This document shows, one piece after another, positions 8,662-18,491 of a stretch of DNA of 30,001 nt (the first letter of the stretch is position 1; each line of letters starts with the position of its first letter). The stretch covers positions 1 through 30,001 of IMG/VR virus record IMGVR_UViG_3300033407_000090. One strand, written 5' to 3'. Source of the DNA: a virus (taxonomy: Duplodnaviria; Caudoviricetes). Position numbers and translations under genes: made by a program. The notes beneath the pieces were generated by a model, which had not been told where the DNA came from, made no database searches, and saw only the letters and a list, made by a program, of their open reading frames with translations.

Positions 8662-10346
8662 GCGGCGCCCTGTACTCGGCCCTGCACTGGGGCACGGAGT
8701 CGGCCAACGAACTCGTGATGGCCGTGCCCCTGCAAGACGTCGTGACGGATCGGGTCGCCCGCGCGGGATCCGAATGGGTGCAGGGCGCGAGCGGCACAGA
8801 GGATGCGTGGATCACGGGCTGGGACTATACGCTCACGGTGCGTCAGCGGTATATCCCGGACCGGCTGAGCAGCAGCACCAGCGACACATTCTTTGCCGGC
8901 TCGCGGAGCTGGCAGGAGTTCCTGGATTGGGCGCGCGACAAGCAGAGCTTCCGCTTTATCCCTGACCGCGATTACCCGGACTTTTATATCCCCGACTGCT
9001 ACCTCGTCGAGCCGCTGCGCGGCGGTGGCGTCCCGTCGTCCTCCGGGCAGGACCGGGATATCGAGATCACGATCCGTAATGCGACCTACGATTTCGCGCT
9101 CGCGCTCCGCGGCCTCATGGTCGAGTATCGCGCGGGGGGGGCCACCGCCGGCGTCTGGACCTACACCCGCGCAGGGACCGCGCTCTACCACGGTCCGACG
9201 GGTGTGGCGACGGCGGCGGTCGATACGGTACGCGACCGGCATTTCTGGGGAGACGAGCGGGTCACACTCATCGAGAGGGAAGGGGAGAACGTCGTGCTCC
9301 ATTCCCAGCAGTTCGACGACGCGGATTGGACCGTCGCGCAGGCGACGATCAGCGCGAATGCCGCGACGGCCCCCGACGGCACGACGACGGCGGACCATCT
9401 CATCGAGGACGCCACGGCTGCCACCAGTCACCGCCTCCAACAGGATATCGTGATCGGGGCGGGCAACGATGTGGTCTGGAGCGTCTATGCCTTCGCGGGG
9501 ACACGCTCATGGCTCCGGCTGGCGCTCGACGCGACGGTCGGCGGGTCGGCGCAGACGGCGTGGTTCGACCTCGCGACCGGCGCGCTCGGGTCCACCTCGG
9601 GCGCCAACGTCGTGTACTCGGCCATCGAGCCCGTGCGCGGATACACCGGCTGGTACCGCTGTATCCTCTGTGCGAGCATCGGCGGTGCGTTCGGGACGAT
9701 GCGGTGCCACGCGGCTCTCGCGACGCAGGACGCCGAGATCGCCTATGATGGGGACGGCGCCGGGTATCTCGTGCTCTGGCAGGCGCAGGCCGAGGTCGCG
9801 GTGACGTCCGTGTCGTCGCCGATCCTGACGACGACGGCCGCCGCCAGTCGCGTGGCGCATGCGGGCTTCACGCGGGCGTTTGTCTGGCGGCCCCAGCCGC
9901 TGTGGATCTACCTGCGGTATGTCGAGACCGGCACCCTCCATCTCGGCGCGGCAAAAAATCTCGCATTGATCGGGGGGCCAGGGTCGTCGTCGAACCCACG
10001 GCTGCGGGTGTTCCTCGGCTCGAGCGGGAGCTACACGGTGACCTATGATGATGGGATCACGTTGCGGTCGGCGGCGCTCGCGCTGGCGCCAGCCATCGGT
10101 CAGGTGGTCGAGCTACTCGTCCGCGTCGGGGCCAGCGGACTGGAGATGCGTGGGAGCGTGGCGGAGGGGGGCGAGAGCAGCGCGAGCGACGCCGCGTCTA
10201 CGTTCCCGCTCGCGTGGTCCGCTGCGAGCGTGTCTCTCGGTGGCACCCCGAGCGGCGGTTCCGCAGACGTCGCGGCCATCGAGGTGCTCACGATCGGCGC
10301 GCGTGTCGCGGAGGTCACGACCATCGCGCAGGCGCGGTCCACATGA
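8658..10346 (+). CDS. Distal tail-like protein with C-terminal carbohydrate-binding/spike-type domain
   Basis: Follows tape measure; the NVVLHSQQFDDADW…APDGTTTAD…GWYRC…WQAQAE…TTAAASR signature recurs in phage fibre/spike CBM domains. Confidence 0.65.
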   Translation: MSGALYSALHWGTESANELVMAVPLQDVVTDRVARAGSEWVQGASGTEDAWITGWDYTLTVRQRYIPDRLSSSTSDTFFAGSRSWQEFLDWARDKQSFRFIPDRDYPDFYIPDCYLVEPLRGGGVPSSSGQDRDIEITIRNATYDFALALRGLMVEYRAGGATAGVWTYTRAGTALYHGPTGVATAAVDTVRDRHFWGDERVTLIEREGENVVLHSQQFDDADWTVAQATISANAATAPDGTTTADHLIEDATAATSHRLQQDIVIGAGNDVVWSVYAFAGTRSWLRLALDATVGGSAQTAWFDLATGALGSTSGANVVYSAIEPVRGYTGWYRCILCASIGGAFGTMRCHAALATQDAEIAYDGDGAGYLVLWQAQAEVAVTSVSSPILTTTAAASRVAHAGFTRAFVWRPQPLWIYLRYVETGTLHLGAAKNLALIGGPGSSSNPRLRVFLGSSGSYTVTYDDGITLRSAALALAPAIGQVVELLVRVGASGLEMRGSVAEGGESSASDAASTFPLAWSAASVSLGGTPSGGSADVAAIEVLTIGARVAEVTTIAQARST

Positions 10347-13300
10347 GTACGTATGACGTCCTCTACCGCGCCACGGTGTATAAGCCCCGGTCGGTCAGCG
10401 GGGGGGACACGGACCCGCTCGTCGGGGCGACACACGGAGAGGATTTCCAGGTCACGACACAGGATGGGGTCGCAGGCTGGGCGCCGTACCTGGACCGGGT
10501 GACCGGGCGCTTCGGGCGGCTGGATCCGCTGACCGGTCGCACGGATACAGGTGAGATGACGCTCCGGGTGGTGGACGCGCGCGAGGGCGTGTCGAATACG
10601 GCGCGGTGGCTTAGTGAGTTTACGGGCGACGTCGGCGATCGTCCGCACCTGGTCGGCTGCAAGGTGTTTATCGAGCGCTCGCTCGATGACGGCGCGACCT
10701 GGAGTAGTTATTTCACCGGCCGCGTCCATCGCGTCGCCCTCTCCTCGGGGTCGCGCATCTGGTGGGACATCGTGGTCCGCGACATGGCCGACGGTCTCCG
10801 GCGGCGCATCTTCACCGGCCGACCACACGCCGATGTCACCTACGCGAGCCCCGCGCTCCTCCTGCCGCATGGGTTCGTCGCGGGCATCAGCACCTACGGG
10901 GGATTCCCGCTCGACGGCAAGACGACCGGCACGAGTTACGCGCTCGGGACCGGGGGCGAGGCGAATCGGTTCGGCGTCCAGCTCGAGACCGACCAGGCGA
11001 GCCGCTGGAATACCGCCGTGGGCGCCGCACTCGACCTGCTGCTGAAGCGCGGTCGGCGCTGGCGGCATCTGGATCAGGTGGATGTCTCGGCGCTCGGCCG
11101 CGCGGTGATCCAGCGCAGTCCCTCGGGTCAGGTGACCGGCGTCGTCCCGCAGGCCTACGCGCCCTGGGACGCGATCATCCTCCCGGCGAGCGTCGCGCGG
11201 GGCGTGCGCCTGCGGATCACCCACACGTCCGGGGCCTCGTCGGGCAGCACGGGGACCTACGAGCTGCGCGGCATGGCGGTGGTCACGCTCGACTCGGCCC
11301 CGACCGTGGTGGTGTGGTCGCTGGATGCCCACCCGCTCCGGACGGCGCATGGGGGGCTGGATACCGGACACGCCGAGTATCTGGCGGCGCCGGCCGATGA
11401 TGTGACGGTGGAACTGACGCTCGCGTGGGACACGACGCCTGAGCCCGAGGCCCCGCTCTATATCGATGACGTGCATCCGGCGACGCTCTGGCGCGATCTC
11501 CTCGACGGCGAGTACTCGACCCTCGCAAGCGACGGGACGCCCGCCTTTGCCGTGGCGTATGACAGCGCCACGGCGTCCGCCGGTGTCGGACATGGCCCGG
11601 TGGGATTCACCGCCCTGATCGCGGATACCAGGCTGGCGACCTCCCGCTATCTCGCCGACGGTCCCGCCGATCGGGCGGAGTGGGTCGATCAGTATATCTG
11701 TCAGCCGCACAGACTCGGCTACCGCTTCGACGGTGACGGCCAGCTCGTGCCGCTGGACCTGCGCATGCCCATCGACCTCACGGGCGTGCTGACGATCACC
11801 GACGCCGACCTCGCCGAGGACGGGTCGGCGCCCCTCTGGGCTAATGACGCGACGCAGGCGCTGAGCGGTGTCGAGGTCGCCACGTATACCGAGGCCATCC
11901 CGCGCGAGCGCGGGTTGCAGCCCCTGGTCATGGCCACACAGCTGACCCACCTCGTGCCGTTTGCGGGTGACGATGCGAGGGTGCTGGACCACGGCGAAAA
12001 CGACTGGCGCGTCGACGCGCTCGGGCTCCGCTCCCGCGCGGGCGAGCTCATCAACACCGTGCAGTCCCGCGCCGCGTGGGTCGCGAATCGCGCGCGGCTG
12101 ATCGCGGAATCCCTGCGCTCGACCTATAGCCATGCGCCGCAGGTCGTCGTCCTCGCCTGTCGCAGGACGACGAATACGAGTACGTGTGCCGCCGGCGATC
12201 TGCGGATCGTGTCTGTGTCCGAGATCCCCGACCCCCAGACGAACGCGCGCGGGGGCACGCGCATCATGCGCTGCCTCGGAGTGGTCGACGACGGTCCACG
12301 GATCGCGATCGAGTTGTTGGATCTCGGGGTCAACGTGGTGGCGGAGTCCCCGACCGTGGCGGCCCCCGCGCAGGAAGCGGGCAACACGAAACACGGCGTC
12401 ACCGCGCTCGTCACGCTGAACGGGGCGGGCGATCCGGCGCGCGTGGAATACGCGATCACCGATACGGGTACGGGGAGTGTCGCGGAGGGCTCGGACCGGT
12501 GGCAGCATGCTGCGCGGATCACGGCGACGGGCACCGTGACCATCGCGCCCGTCCCGTCTGACCGGCGCGTGTGGGTGCGTGCCGTCAGTGACCCCGCGGG
12601 GCCGACCCTCCCGAGTGTGTATGCGGTGGCCGGGGGCGTGGGCTACGTGGCGACGGCGGCGATCACGACGCCATCGAGCGTCCTCGTCGACCAGGAGGAG
12701 GCCACGCGCGCGCGGGGCACGTGGGTGAACGGCGATACGAGCTACGGGATCGAGGTGTTGTTGGATACCGTGCGCCTGGCGCTGCTGCCGCCCATCCAGC
12801 AGCTCGGGCCGGGGACCGAGCACTGGATGAAAAATCTCACCGCGAGCACGACGTACAACAGCCCGGGGTTCGGCGTGCGCCACTATGATCCGTGGGGCGG
12901 GGTCAGTGCCACAGCGAGCGATGCCTTCGCGACGACGGCGACGCAGGCGACGGCGGATGATCCGGCGGGACCGCTCTATGTCATCATCGGCAATACGACA
13001 GCGGGTCCGTCGCGTTCGACGGACGCCGACGGGAATCTGCACACGGGGATTAAGCTGGGATGGCGGCTCAATGACGCGACGATCGGTCTCGGCACCGAAC
13101 TCCAGCGGGCCCCCGATAGCGCCGGTGCGCCGGGGACGTGGGCGCGACTCGTCGAGCTCGATCCAGGGACGATCACCTACACGGACATGCTGCCGCCCGG
13201 CGGGCTCTACTGGTACCGACACCGACACATCGACGACAGTCTCCTCGACGGGGATTTTACGGACTCGATCGGACCGATTGGTCCGGCGGTGTTGCCGCGG

Positions 13301-14200
13301 CCGGACCTCGACATCGATGGGCGACAGCGCAAGCGGAGCGATCCGTTCGACGACGGCGAACACGCGGCGTCGGGCGATGTCGGCGGGGACATCGCGTCCG
13401 GAGTCCGGATCTATGAGGGGACGACGCTGTATGCCCTGGGCAGACACATCGAGACGGGTAGCGCGCGGGACGGGGACGCCGTGACCTTTGGCTCTGCCTA
13501 TGCCGCGCCGCCCGACATCATCCTCGTGCCCGAGTCGGTGGTGGTCTTCGACACGAGCTTCGGATCGGGCTCGGACCAAGAGGTGCGACTGCTCGCGTCG
13601 GACAAGAGCACCACCGGATTTACGGCCTACGCGAAAATTGTGCAGGCGGGGACCGTGACCAGCCGCGCGGTGGACTTCCCCGCGGCCAACAGCCTGACGG
13701 CCGTCGACGCCACGACGGAGGTAGCGCTCGGCGCGAACGCGCCGTCAGTGGACGACAGCTACACCCTACACTATGATGTGACCCTCGAGGCCATCGTGGA
13801 TCTCGGGGCGGGGCCGTCCGAGAAAACGACCGTGTCGGCCACCGTCGCCGTGGAATCGGATGACACGGGGCTCGGGGCGTGGGAGACCAGGGAGACGGCG
13901 CTCTACACGTGCGCGCAAACCGGAGTGGGGACGAATCTATGTTCGTTCGCGGATCGATCGGTGTCGTTGACGCACCCAGGCTCGTCGTCTGCGACGGAGG
14001 TCCGTATCCGCATCCACGCGATCACATCGATGATCGCGCCCACGGGAGGGAGCGTCACGGTGACGGTGCACGGCCATAATGCGGCGACGGACGGGGATAG
14101 CCCGGACGGCGTGACATGGGAGACGGCGACCGATACGGTCGCCAGCGCGACACCGCAGGCGTCGAACCGCGTGCGGTGGTTCGCGGTGGAGTCCACATGA
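10343..14200 (+). CDS. Tail tip / baseplate hub and central fibre protein (1285 aa)
   Basis: ATGA overlap at 10343; large; FN3-like segments (LGWR…ELQRAPD…YTD…YWYRHR); canonical position. Confidence 0.75.
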   Translation: MSTYDVLYRATVYKPRSVSGGDTDPLVGATHGEDFQVTTQDGVAGWAPYLDRVTGRFGRLDPLTGRTDTGEMTLRVVDAREGVSNTARWLSEFTGDVGDRPHLVGCKVFIERSLDDGATWSSYFTGRVHRVALSSGSRIWWDIVVRDMADGLRRRIFTGRPHADVTYASPALLLPHGFVAGISTYGGFPLDGKTTGTSYALGTGGEANRFGVQLETDQASRWNTAVGAALDLLLKRGRRWRHLDQVDVSALGRAVIQRSPSGQVTGVVPQAYAPWDAIILPASVARGVRLRITHTSGASSGSTGTYELRGMAVVTLDSAPTVVVWSLDAHPLRTAHGGLDTGHAEYLAAPADDVTVELTLAWDTTPEPEAPLYIDDVHPATLWRDLLDGEYSTLASDGTPAFAVAYDSATASAGVGHGPVGFTALIADTRLATSRYLADGPADRAEWVDQYICQPHRLGYRFDGDGQLVPLDLRMPIDLTGVLTITDADLAEDGSAPLWANDATQALSGVEVATYTEAIPRERGLQPLVMATQLTHLVPFAGDDARVLDHGENDWRVDALGLRSRAGELINTVQSRAAWVANRARLIAESLRSTYSHAPQVVVLACRRTTNTSTCAAGDLRIVSVSEIPDPQTNARGGTRIMRCLGVVDDGPRIAIELLDLGVNVVAESPTVAAPAQEAGNTKHGVTALVTLNGAGDPARVEYAITDTGTGSVAEGSDRWQHAARITATGTVTIAPVPSDRRVWVRAVSDPAGPTLPSVYAVAGGVGYVATAAITTPSSVLVDQEEATRARGTWVNGDTSYGIEVLLDTVRLALLPPIQQLGPGTEHWMKNLTASTTYNSPGFGVRHYDPWGGVSATASDAFATTATQATADDPAGPLYVIIGNTTAGPSRSTDADGNLHTGIKLGWRLNDATIGLGTELQRAPDSAGAPGTWARLVELDPGTITYTDMLPPGGLYWYRHRHIDDSLLDGDFTDSIGPIGPAVLPRPDLDIDGRQRKRSDPFDDGEHAASGDVGGDIASGVRIYEGTTLYALGRHIETGSARDGDAVTFGSAYAAPPDIILVPESVVVFDTSFGSGSDQEVRLLASDKSTTGFTAYAKIVQAGTVTSRAVDFPAANSLTAVDATTEVALGANAPSVDDSYTLHYDVTLEAIVDLGAGPSEKTTVSATVAVESDDTGLGAWETRETALYTCAQTGVGTNLCSFADRSVSLTHPGSSSATEVRIRIHAITSMIAPTGGSVTVTVHGHNAATDGDSPDGVTWETATDTVASATPQASNRVRWFAVEST

Positions 14201-14556
14201 TGCACGCCCTCCTCGCGCAACTCGGGGCCGACGCGGCCCTCCTGGGTCAGAGTGCGATTGTGCAGATCGGGGCCGCCCTCGGTGCGCTGATGGGGCTCGG
14301 GCTGCCGGGCACCGCGATCGCGTGGAAGGTGGTCCGGAACGGCCGGAAGAACGGCAACGGCGTCGCGCTGGGCCGCATCGAGCGCATGGATGCGCAGCAC
14401 GCCGCGCTGTGCGATCGGGTGACGGAGATGAGCGAGCAGAGCGCCCGGGCGATCGCGGACCTACGGCGCGAGGTGCGGGAGGACTTGGGCACGGTGCGCG
14501 AGTCCGTGAGCAAGGTCCATGCGCGTATCGACGTGCTCGTCCGGGGTGGACCATGA
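14197..14556 (+). CDS. Membrane protein, TM helix plus coiled coil (holin/antiholin-like)
   Basis: ATGA overlap; hydrophobic AIVQIGAALGALMGLGLPGTAIAW, then a basic patch and heptad-like C-terminus ending HARIDVL. Confidence 0.6.
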   Translation: MMHALLAQLGADAALLGQSAIVQIGAALGALMGLGLPGTAIAWKVVRNGRKNGNGVALGRIERMDAQHAALCDRVTEMSEQSARAIADLRREVREDLGTVRESVSKVHARIDVLVRGGP

Positions 14557-14903
14557 GGGTCCTGGTGGTCGAGGACCACGACAGCCAGCGCGCGCTGTAC
14601 GCGGAGGCACTCCAGGAGGCGGGCCATGAGGTCGTCGCCGTCGCGAGTGTGCGCGAGGTCGTGCATCACCCCGGCGTGCTGGTGCCGAGGCCGGACGTGC
14701 TGGTGCTCGATCACACGCTCGGCGACGGAACACACGAGGACGTGGTGCGTCTCCTGCCGGGCGTGCGGTATCTTGTCGTCTCCGGGGCTCCGCCCCCGGA
14801 ACACTTCATCGGGTGCTGGCTGTGTAAGCCCGTGAGCGGGCGCCAGCTCGCGCAGTGTGTGCGGCACTTTCTGTCGGAGCAGAGGGAGGGAGGAGGACGA
14901 TGA
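14553..14903 (+). CDS. Stand-alone response-regulator receiver (CheY-like) protein, 116 aa
   Basis: MRVLVVEDH acidic pocket, PDVLVLD phospho-acceptor Asp, LVVSG Ser, CKP Lys-Pro; ATGA-coupled on both sides. Confidence 0.88.
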   Translation: MRVLVVEDHDSQRALYAEALQEAGHEVVAVASVREVVHHPGVLVPRPDVLVLDHTLGDGTHEDVVRLLPGVRYLVVSGAPPPEHFIGCWLCKPVSGRQLAQCVRHFLSEQREGGGR

Positions 14904-15250
14904 CGATCCACGACGCGGGTAAGACGAGCGCCACGCTGCGCGCGATGGGCGTGCCGACGGACAAGATCCCCGCCAAGACGCGGAGTATCGACGACGGACT
15001 CCGGGTCGCGTTGCTCGGCCTGGTGTTCCTCCTGCTCGGCGCGGGGCTGGTGCTCGTGCCGATGCTTGTGCTCGGGCAGATCCCGGGGATTCCGTTCCTG
15101 CTGTTCGCCGGGCTGTTCGTGCTCGGCGGGCTGTTCGTTGTTTTCGTCGGCGGGCACGTGGTGAGCGAAGAGGGCGCGCGGGCGGCGGGCGGGTTGTTCC
15201 GCGCGCTCGCCAAGAGCGCGAGCCTGATCCGGCGGGGCGGACGAGCATGA
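14900..15250 (+). CDS. Two-TM membrane protein, holin candidate
   Basis: RBS GGAGGA; two long hydrophobic segments and basic C-terminus (LIRRGGRA). Confidence 0.6.
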   Translation: MTIHDAGKTSATLRAMGVPTDKIPAKTRSIDDGLRVALLGLVFLLLGAGLVLVPMLVLGQIPGIPFLLFAGLFVLGGLFVVFVGGHVVSEEGARAAGGLFRALAKSASLIRRGGRA

Positions 15251-15269
15251 GAGGAGCGAGGAAAAAACG

Positions 15270-15443
15270 ATGATGGGTACATCGTGGGGGAGGTTCTGGT
15301 GTGTTTGCGGATTGCATCGCTGGGGCGCATGGCGCGCGGTGCTCGACTGCGAGCCTCTGGTGCAGACGTGGTGGAGAGCGTGCCGACGGCCTCGATGCAT
15401 GGAGACCGACACGCAGGTCACTAGGGCGCGGGGTGGAAGGTGA
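15270..15443 (+). CDS. Small Cys/His zinc-finger-like protein (57 aa; below ORF-track cutoff)
   Basis: MMGTSWGRFWCVCGLHRW…RACRRPRC; purine-rich upstream; stop overlaps the next GTG. Confidence 0.55.
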   Translation: MMGTSWGRFWCVCGLHRWGAWRAVLDCEPLVQTWWRACRRPRCMETDTQVTRARGGR

Positions 15444-15727
15444 TCCTGGACGAGTGGCTGGCGGCGAATCCGCTGCCGCCGATGACACGCCTCGAGGCGC
15501 TCGGCGCCGCGCTCCGCGGGTTGCGCGCCGTGCGCCAGGTGTCGCAGGTCGAGTTGTGCGCGCGGGTGAACATGGAGCCGGGCGTCAGCCTGAGCCCGGC
15601 CCGGCTCGGTGACGCGGAGCGCGGCGTGCCGCCGGGCCTCCGGGTTGCGGAGGTCCTGACCATCTGCACGGCGCTCTCCGTGGACCGCGTGATGGCGTGG
15701 AATCTCGTGATGGGGCTCGATCCGTGA
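15440..15727 (+). CDS. XRE/Cro-C1 family HTH protein
   Basis: LGAALRGLRAVRQVSQVELCARV…LGDAERG…VLTICTALSV matches the XRE pattern. Confidence 0.75.
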   Translation: MILDEWLAANPLPPMTRLEALGAALRGLRAVRQVSQVELCARVNMEPGVSLSPARLGDAERGVPPGLRVAEVLTICTALSVDRVMAWNLVMGLDP

Positions 15728-16143
15728 GTCGCGTGAAAGCGGCGCTGACTGATCTCCTCGGTCGGACCCTCGACGCGATCGACCTCCAGCAGGAGGAGGG
15801 CGTGCTCGTGATCCGTGCGACAGATGGGTACACCCTCGTGCTGCGTGTGCCTGAGTCCGCCCGGGCCGCGCAGTGGGTCGTGCGCGTGCGGGGCGTCGAT
15901 GCCGTCCTGGGTCGACCGGTCGTCGGGTGGGCCGGCACGAACCTGGGCGATCACGACGCCGCGGCGGCGACGCACCGCTTCACCGGCACAGCGCACGTCA
16001 CCCTTTTCTCGGCGCGCGGAGCCTGCCGCATCGAGATGGCTAATCCGGATCGCGCCTATCGCGGGGGGTGGGGTGGTGTCGTGCCCGCGTCCGATCTCCC
16101 GCGCACGATGACGCTCACCCGTCTCCGCGCGGACCTCGACTGA
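15724..16143 (+). CDS. Hypothetical phage protein (139 aa)
   Basis: GTGA overlap; GC3-biased codons. Confidence 0.6.
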   Translation: MSRVKAALTDLLGRTLDAIDLQQEEGVLVIRATDGYTLVLRVPESARAAQWVVRVRGVDAVLGRPVVGWAGTNLGDHDAAAATHRFTGTAHVTLFSARGACRIEMANPDRAYRGGWGGVVPASDLPRTMTLTRLRADLD

Positions 16144-16144
16144 G

Positions 16145-16870
16145 ATGTCCGTCATCTACGAGGGTCACTATACGGGCCTCGGCACCTCGCATGCCATCCC
16201 TGTGGCCGCGAGCGGGAATCCGACAGCGGGCCACCGCATCACGCTGATCGTCGGCGCGAATATCGATTTCAGCACGATCACCTGGCCGAGCGGCTTCAGC
16301 GAGATCGGACGGAACAACCCCGGCACCACGGATCCCATCTTCCTCGCCGAGAAGACGGCTGTGGGCGATGAGGGGACGACGGTCACCGTGGAGACGGGAG
16401 CGAGTATCCGCGTCGCCGCGCAGAGCTACGTCATGGACGAGCAGGACACCGACACGGCGGTCGAGGTCGCGTTTGCGCACGAAATCGTCACGGCAGATGA
16501 CCAGCCGGACCCGCCGTCGATCTCGCACAGCTGGGGATCGGAAGCGGGGACGACGATCATCGCGGCCGCCAACCAGAGCGTGGGAAGTAATATTAGTTTC
16601 ACCGCATACCCGGCATCGTATACCGACGGGTCGGAAGATTCCGTGGCGGCGGGCGGCGGGGGGACATCGATCGGGACGGCGCGGCGCGTCATCGAGGCGA
16701 CAAGCGAAGACCCCGGCGTCTTCACGATGGACGGGGCGGATTTTTGGAACACGGCGACGATCGCACTGCGAGGTGCTGCGGTAGGTGGTGGAGATCCTGA
16801 GGGTCCGCTCGTCGGCGACGGGAAATTGGTCGGTGGTGGTCTACTCCTCTCCGGGAGGCTCGTCGCATGA
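16145..16870 (+). CDS. Putative virion-associated beta-rich protein
   Basis: Thr/Gly/Ser/Asp-rich acidic 241 aa; coupled to neighbours. Confidence 0.55.
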   Translation: MSVIYEGHYTGLGTSHAIPVAASGNPTAGHRITLIVGANIDFSTITWPSGFSEIGRNNPGTTDPIFLAEKTAVGDEGTTVTVETGASIRVAAQSYVMDEQDTDTAVEVAFAHEIVTADDQPDPPSISHSWGSEAGTTIIAAANQSVGSNISFTAYPASYTDGSEDSVAAGGGGTSIGTARRVIEATSEDPGVFTMDGADFWNTATIALRGAAVGGGDPEGPLVGDGKLVGGGLLLSGRLVA

Positions 16871-18294
16871 GCTATCCAGTGTACTATGTCGAGGCAGGCG
16901 ACACGCTGCCGATTTTATTCGCGTCCTACGACGGGGGAACCGGCGCCAGCGTGACGATGACCGGGCTCGCCGTGACGGATGTCGAGGTCTACAAAGACGG
17001 ATCGGTGACCCAGCGCGCGAGTGATGCAGGCTATGTGCTGCTCGATACCGACGGGATTGATTTCGACGGGCTGACAGGGATCCATGGGATCAGTCTCGAT
17101 CTGAGCGATGACACCGATGCGGGATTCTACGCCGTCGGGTCGTGGTACCACGTCGTCGTCTCGTCCATCACGGTCGATGCCCAGACGGTGAGTTTTGTTG
17201 CCGCGGCATTCCGCGTTGTGTCGGCGACGCGCGGGCTCGCCGGGACGGCCCTCCCCGATGCGGCTGCTGATGCAGCGGGTGGCCTCGCCATCTCTGACGC
17301 GGGCGGCGTGGATCTCGACGCGCAGCGCAGCGACGTGGCGGCGATCCTCGTGGACACGGGGACGACACTGCAGGCGGAGCTCGACGGCATCCAAGCCGAC
17401 ACCGAGGACCTGCAGACTCGTGTGCCGGCGGCTCTGGTGTCTGGACGTATCGATGCGAGCGTGGGGGCGATGGCGGCCGATGTGATGACGGCCGCCGCAG
17501 CTGCGGCGGACCTGACGACCGAACTACAGTCCGGCCTCGCCACCGCGGCCGCGCTCACCACGGTCGAGGGCAAGATCGATACCCTCGACGCAAACGTCGA
17601 CACGCTGCTGACGCGGATCACGGGTGCGCTGTTCGGCGGCATCACAAGCCTCGCCGAATGGCTCGGGCTGCTCGGCGGCAAACAAACAGCCGACGCCACT
17701 GCGCGCACGGAGATGCGCGCGACCGGCGCCGGATCGGGGACGTATGACGAGACCACGGACTCGCACGAGGCACTCCGCGACACGCAGGGGACGCCAGCGG
17801 GTGCCTCGGTGAGCGCCGATGTCGCTGCGATCCAGACCGTCGTCGACGCCGTGCTCGTGGACACGGGGACGACGCTCCCCGACCAGATCGACACCCTGGA
17901 CGCCGTGGCCGATGCGATCCTCCTGGATACGGGGACCGACGGCGTGGTCGTCGCCGCGGCGAGTAAGGCCGGCTATGCCCTGTCAGCGGCGGGAGTGGAT
18001 GCGCTCTGGGATGAGGCGCGCAGCGGCCACGCGACTGCGGGCACCTTCGGCGAATCCTTTGCCGGGATCGTGGCGGGGGTGGCGGAAGTGGGGACGCTCT
18101 CGATCACGCAGATGACGAGTGACCTGGCTGAGGCCACCGATGACCACTACATCGGTCGGACGATCGTCTGGGTGACGGGTGTCCTGGCAGGGCAGGCATC
18201 GGACGTCACCGATTATGCTGGTACGACGGGGCTCCTGACCTACACCGCGATCACGGAGGCACCCGGGGTCGGTGACCGGTTCGTGATCGTCTAG
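16867..18294 (+). CDS. Putative virion structural protein (475 aa) with internal (I/V)L(V/L)DTGT repeats
   Basis: ATGA overlap; Ala/Thr/Asp-rich; repeats ILVDTGTTL, VLVDTGTTL, ILLDTGTD. Confidence 0.6.
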   Translation: MSYPVYYVEAGDTLPILFASYDGGTGASVTMTGLAVTDVEVYKDGSVTQRASDAGYVLLDTDGIDFDGLTGIHGISLDLSDDTDAGFYAVGSWYHVVVSSITVDAQTVSFVAAAFRVVSATRGLAGTALPDAAADAAGGLAISDAGGVDLDAQRSDVAAILVDTGTTLQAELDGIQADTEDLQTRVPAALVSGRIDASVGAMAADVMTAAAAAADLTTELQSGLATAAALTTVEGKIDTLDANVDTLLTRITGALFGGITSLAEWLGLLGGKQTADATARTEMRATGAGSGTYDETTDSHEALRDTQGTPAGASVSADVAAIQTVVDAVLVDTGTTLPDQIDTLDAVADAILLDTGTDGVVVAAASKAGYALSAAGVDALWDEARSGHATAGTFGESFAGIVAGVAEVGTLSITQMTSDLAEATDDHYIGRTIVWVTGVLAGQASDVTDYAGTTGLLTYTAITEAPGVGDRFVIV

Positions 18295-18491
18295 TGCGTA
18301 CCGCACTCGGACTCTGCGGCACGAGCCGCGGCGGGCCGTTTGGTTCGCACGCCGGCAAGATCGAGTCGGTGGCGGTGCGCTACGAGCTCGCCCGCCGTGG
18401 TGGACTGCGCTACGGCGTGACGACGCGGGTGGGCGCGCGGTACGCGATCACCGGTCGTCCGGGACCACGATACGAGGTGACTGACACATGA
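18294..18491 (+). CDS. Small hypothetical protein (65 aa)
   Basis: GTG overlapping the upstream TAG; stop overlaps the next ATG; repeated RY motifs. Confidence 0.5.
   Translation: MRTALGLCGTSRGGPFGSHAGKIESVAVRYELARRGGLRYGVTTRVGARYAITGRPGPRYEVTDT

Noticed and set aside
10100-13579. 1159-aa minus-strand ORF, plus many other long antisense or alternate-frame ORFs
   Set aside because: Shadow ORFs of high-GC coding genes; Arg/Pro/His-rich with no motifs, and they fully overlap well-supported plus-strand genes
14322-14552. Upstream extensions given by the ORF track (starts at 2750, 10214, 14116, 14322, 22210, 24418, 25726, 27706)
   Set aside because: They overlap upstream genes; downstream starts with an RBS or ATGA/TGATG coupling match the domain boundaries better
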